From positions 1 through 27,654 of the forward strand of contig JBAXKC010000032.1 in assembly GCA_037137535.1 (NCBI GenBank): a DNA stretch of 27,654 nucleotides, given 5' to 3'. The position numbers and the translations under genes are program-made. Position 1 is the first letter of the stretch, and each line of letters starts with the position of its first letter. The DNA is from a bacterium. Lineage in GTDB: Bacteria; Cyanobacteriota; Vampirovibrionia; Gastranaerophilales; JBAXKC01. Shown here piece by piece: positions 27,251 to 27,654 of the stretch. Below the pieces are notes generated by a model. The model worked only from the letters and a program-made list of their open reading frames with translations. It did not search any database and was not told where the DNA came from.

Positions 27251-27312
27251 ATAGCTTTGCCCTTACCAGAATTAATCTAAGTCCACTGTAACCTGTTAAC
27301 AACTGTAATTAT

Positions 27313-27330
27313 TTGTGAAATAAATTACAA
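27313..27330. promoter_or_regulatory. palindromic operator-like site upstream of rpaB
   Basis: TTGTGAA-ATAA-ATTACAA; contains TGTGA-N6-TTACA. Confidence 0.45.
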
Positions 27331-27654
27331 ATTATTCTTCGATGCTAATTATCTAGACTTTTAAGCATTTAGTAGTAAAAACTCTTCATTTTTCTTAATA
27401 TCTAGTTAGTAAACATTGTAACATAAGAAATTTTTCTCACAAACTTTTTCTTTTCAAAAACCTAGTAAACTTAAATGAATAAATTTGTATTTTTATTACT
27501 AAGCTCTATTCATCTTACCATAGATTTTAGATTTTTAAATATTAACTTGTTTGTTCAGCAGTAAAAATAATTTAATAGGAAGTCATTATTAAATATGATG
27601 GCTCTAGACTAGCACTTTTCTTGTAAAACTTTTAAATTCTTTTTGTAGTTTTTG

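Noticed and set aside
9184-27291. Other short overlapping ORFs (9184, 15705, 16379, 22012, 22875, 25516, 25575, 26691, 27082)
   Set aside because: Antisense or out-of-frame within well-supported CDSs.
1-27654. CRISPR arrays, tRNA/rRNA, IS elements, prophage or integrase genes
   Set aside because: No regularly spaced repeats, structured RNA-gene signatures, transposases or integrases seen by eye.

Overview
AT-rich bacterial chromosomal window. A cyanobacterial-type RpaB regulator, a Firmicutes-like dgt-dnaG-rpoD operon, an NfnA-like redox subunit and a clear sigma-28 promoter together point to a non-photosynthetic relative of Cyanobacteria (Melainabacteria/Vampirovibrionia, probably Gastranaerophilales-like); this assignment is inference. 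Core genes: a LexA/UmuD chimera plus umuC under a GAAC-N4-GTTC box, bioB-ruvA, a TPR-GT9 protein, a GltP/DctA-family symporter, dgt-dnaG-rpoD, nfnA-like and rpaB. Between them lie orphan enzymes: a zeta-toxin-like kinase with no visible antitoxin, a Ski2/HelY helicase with a triplicated RecA2 half-domain, a GNAT, two tandem UPF0489 (peptide-arginase-like) paralogues and an EF-hand protein. Three unrelated proteins share an N-terminal leader ending in [IV]-x-F-x-S, a candidate lineage-specific export signal. Three apparent pseudo-enzymes (HD-GYP, GGDEF, alpha/beta hydrolase) are present. No CRISPR array, tRNA, rRNA or mobile element was seen. All calls were made by eye, without database searches.
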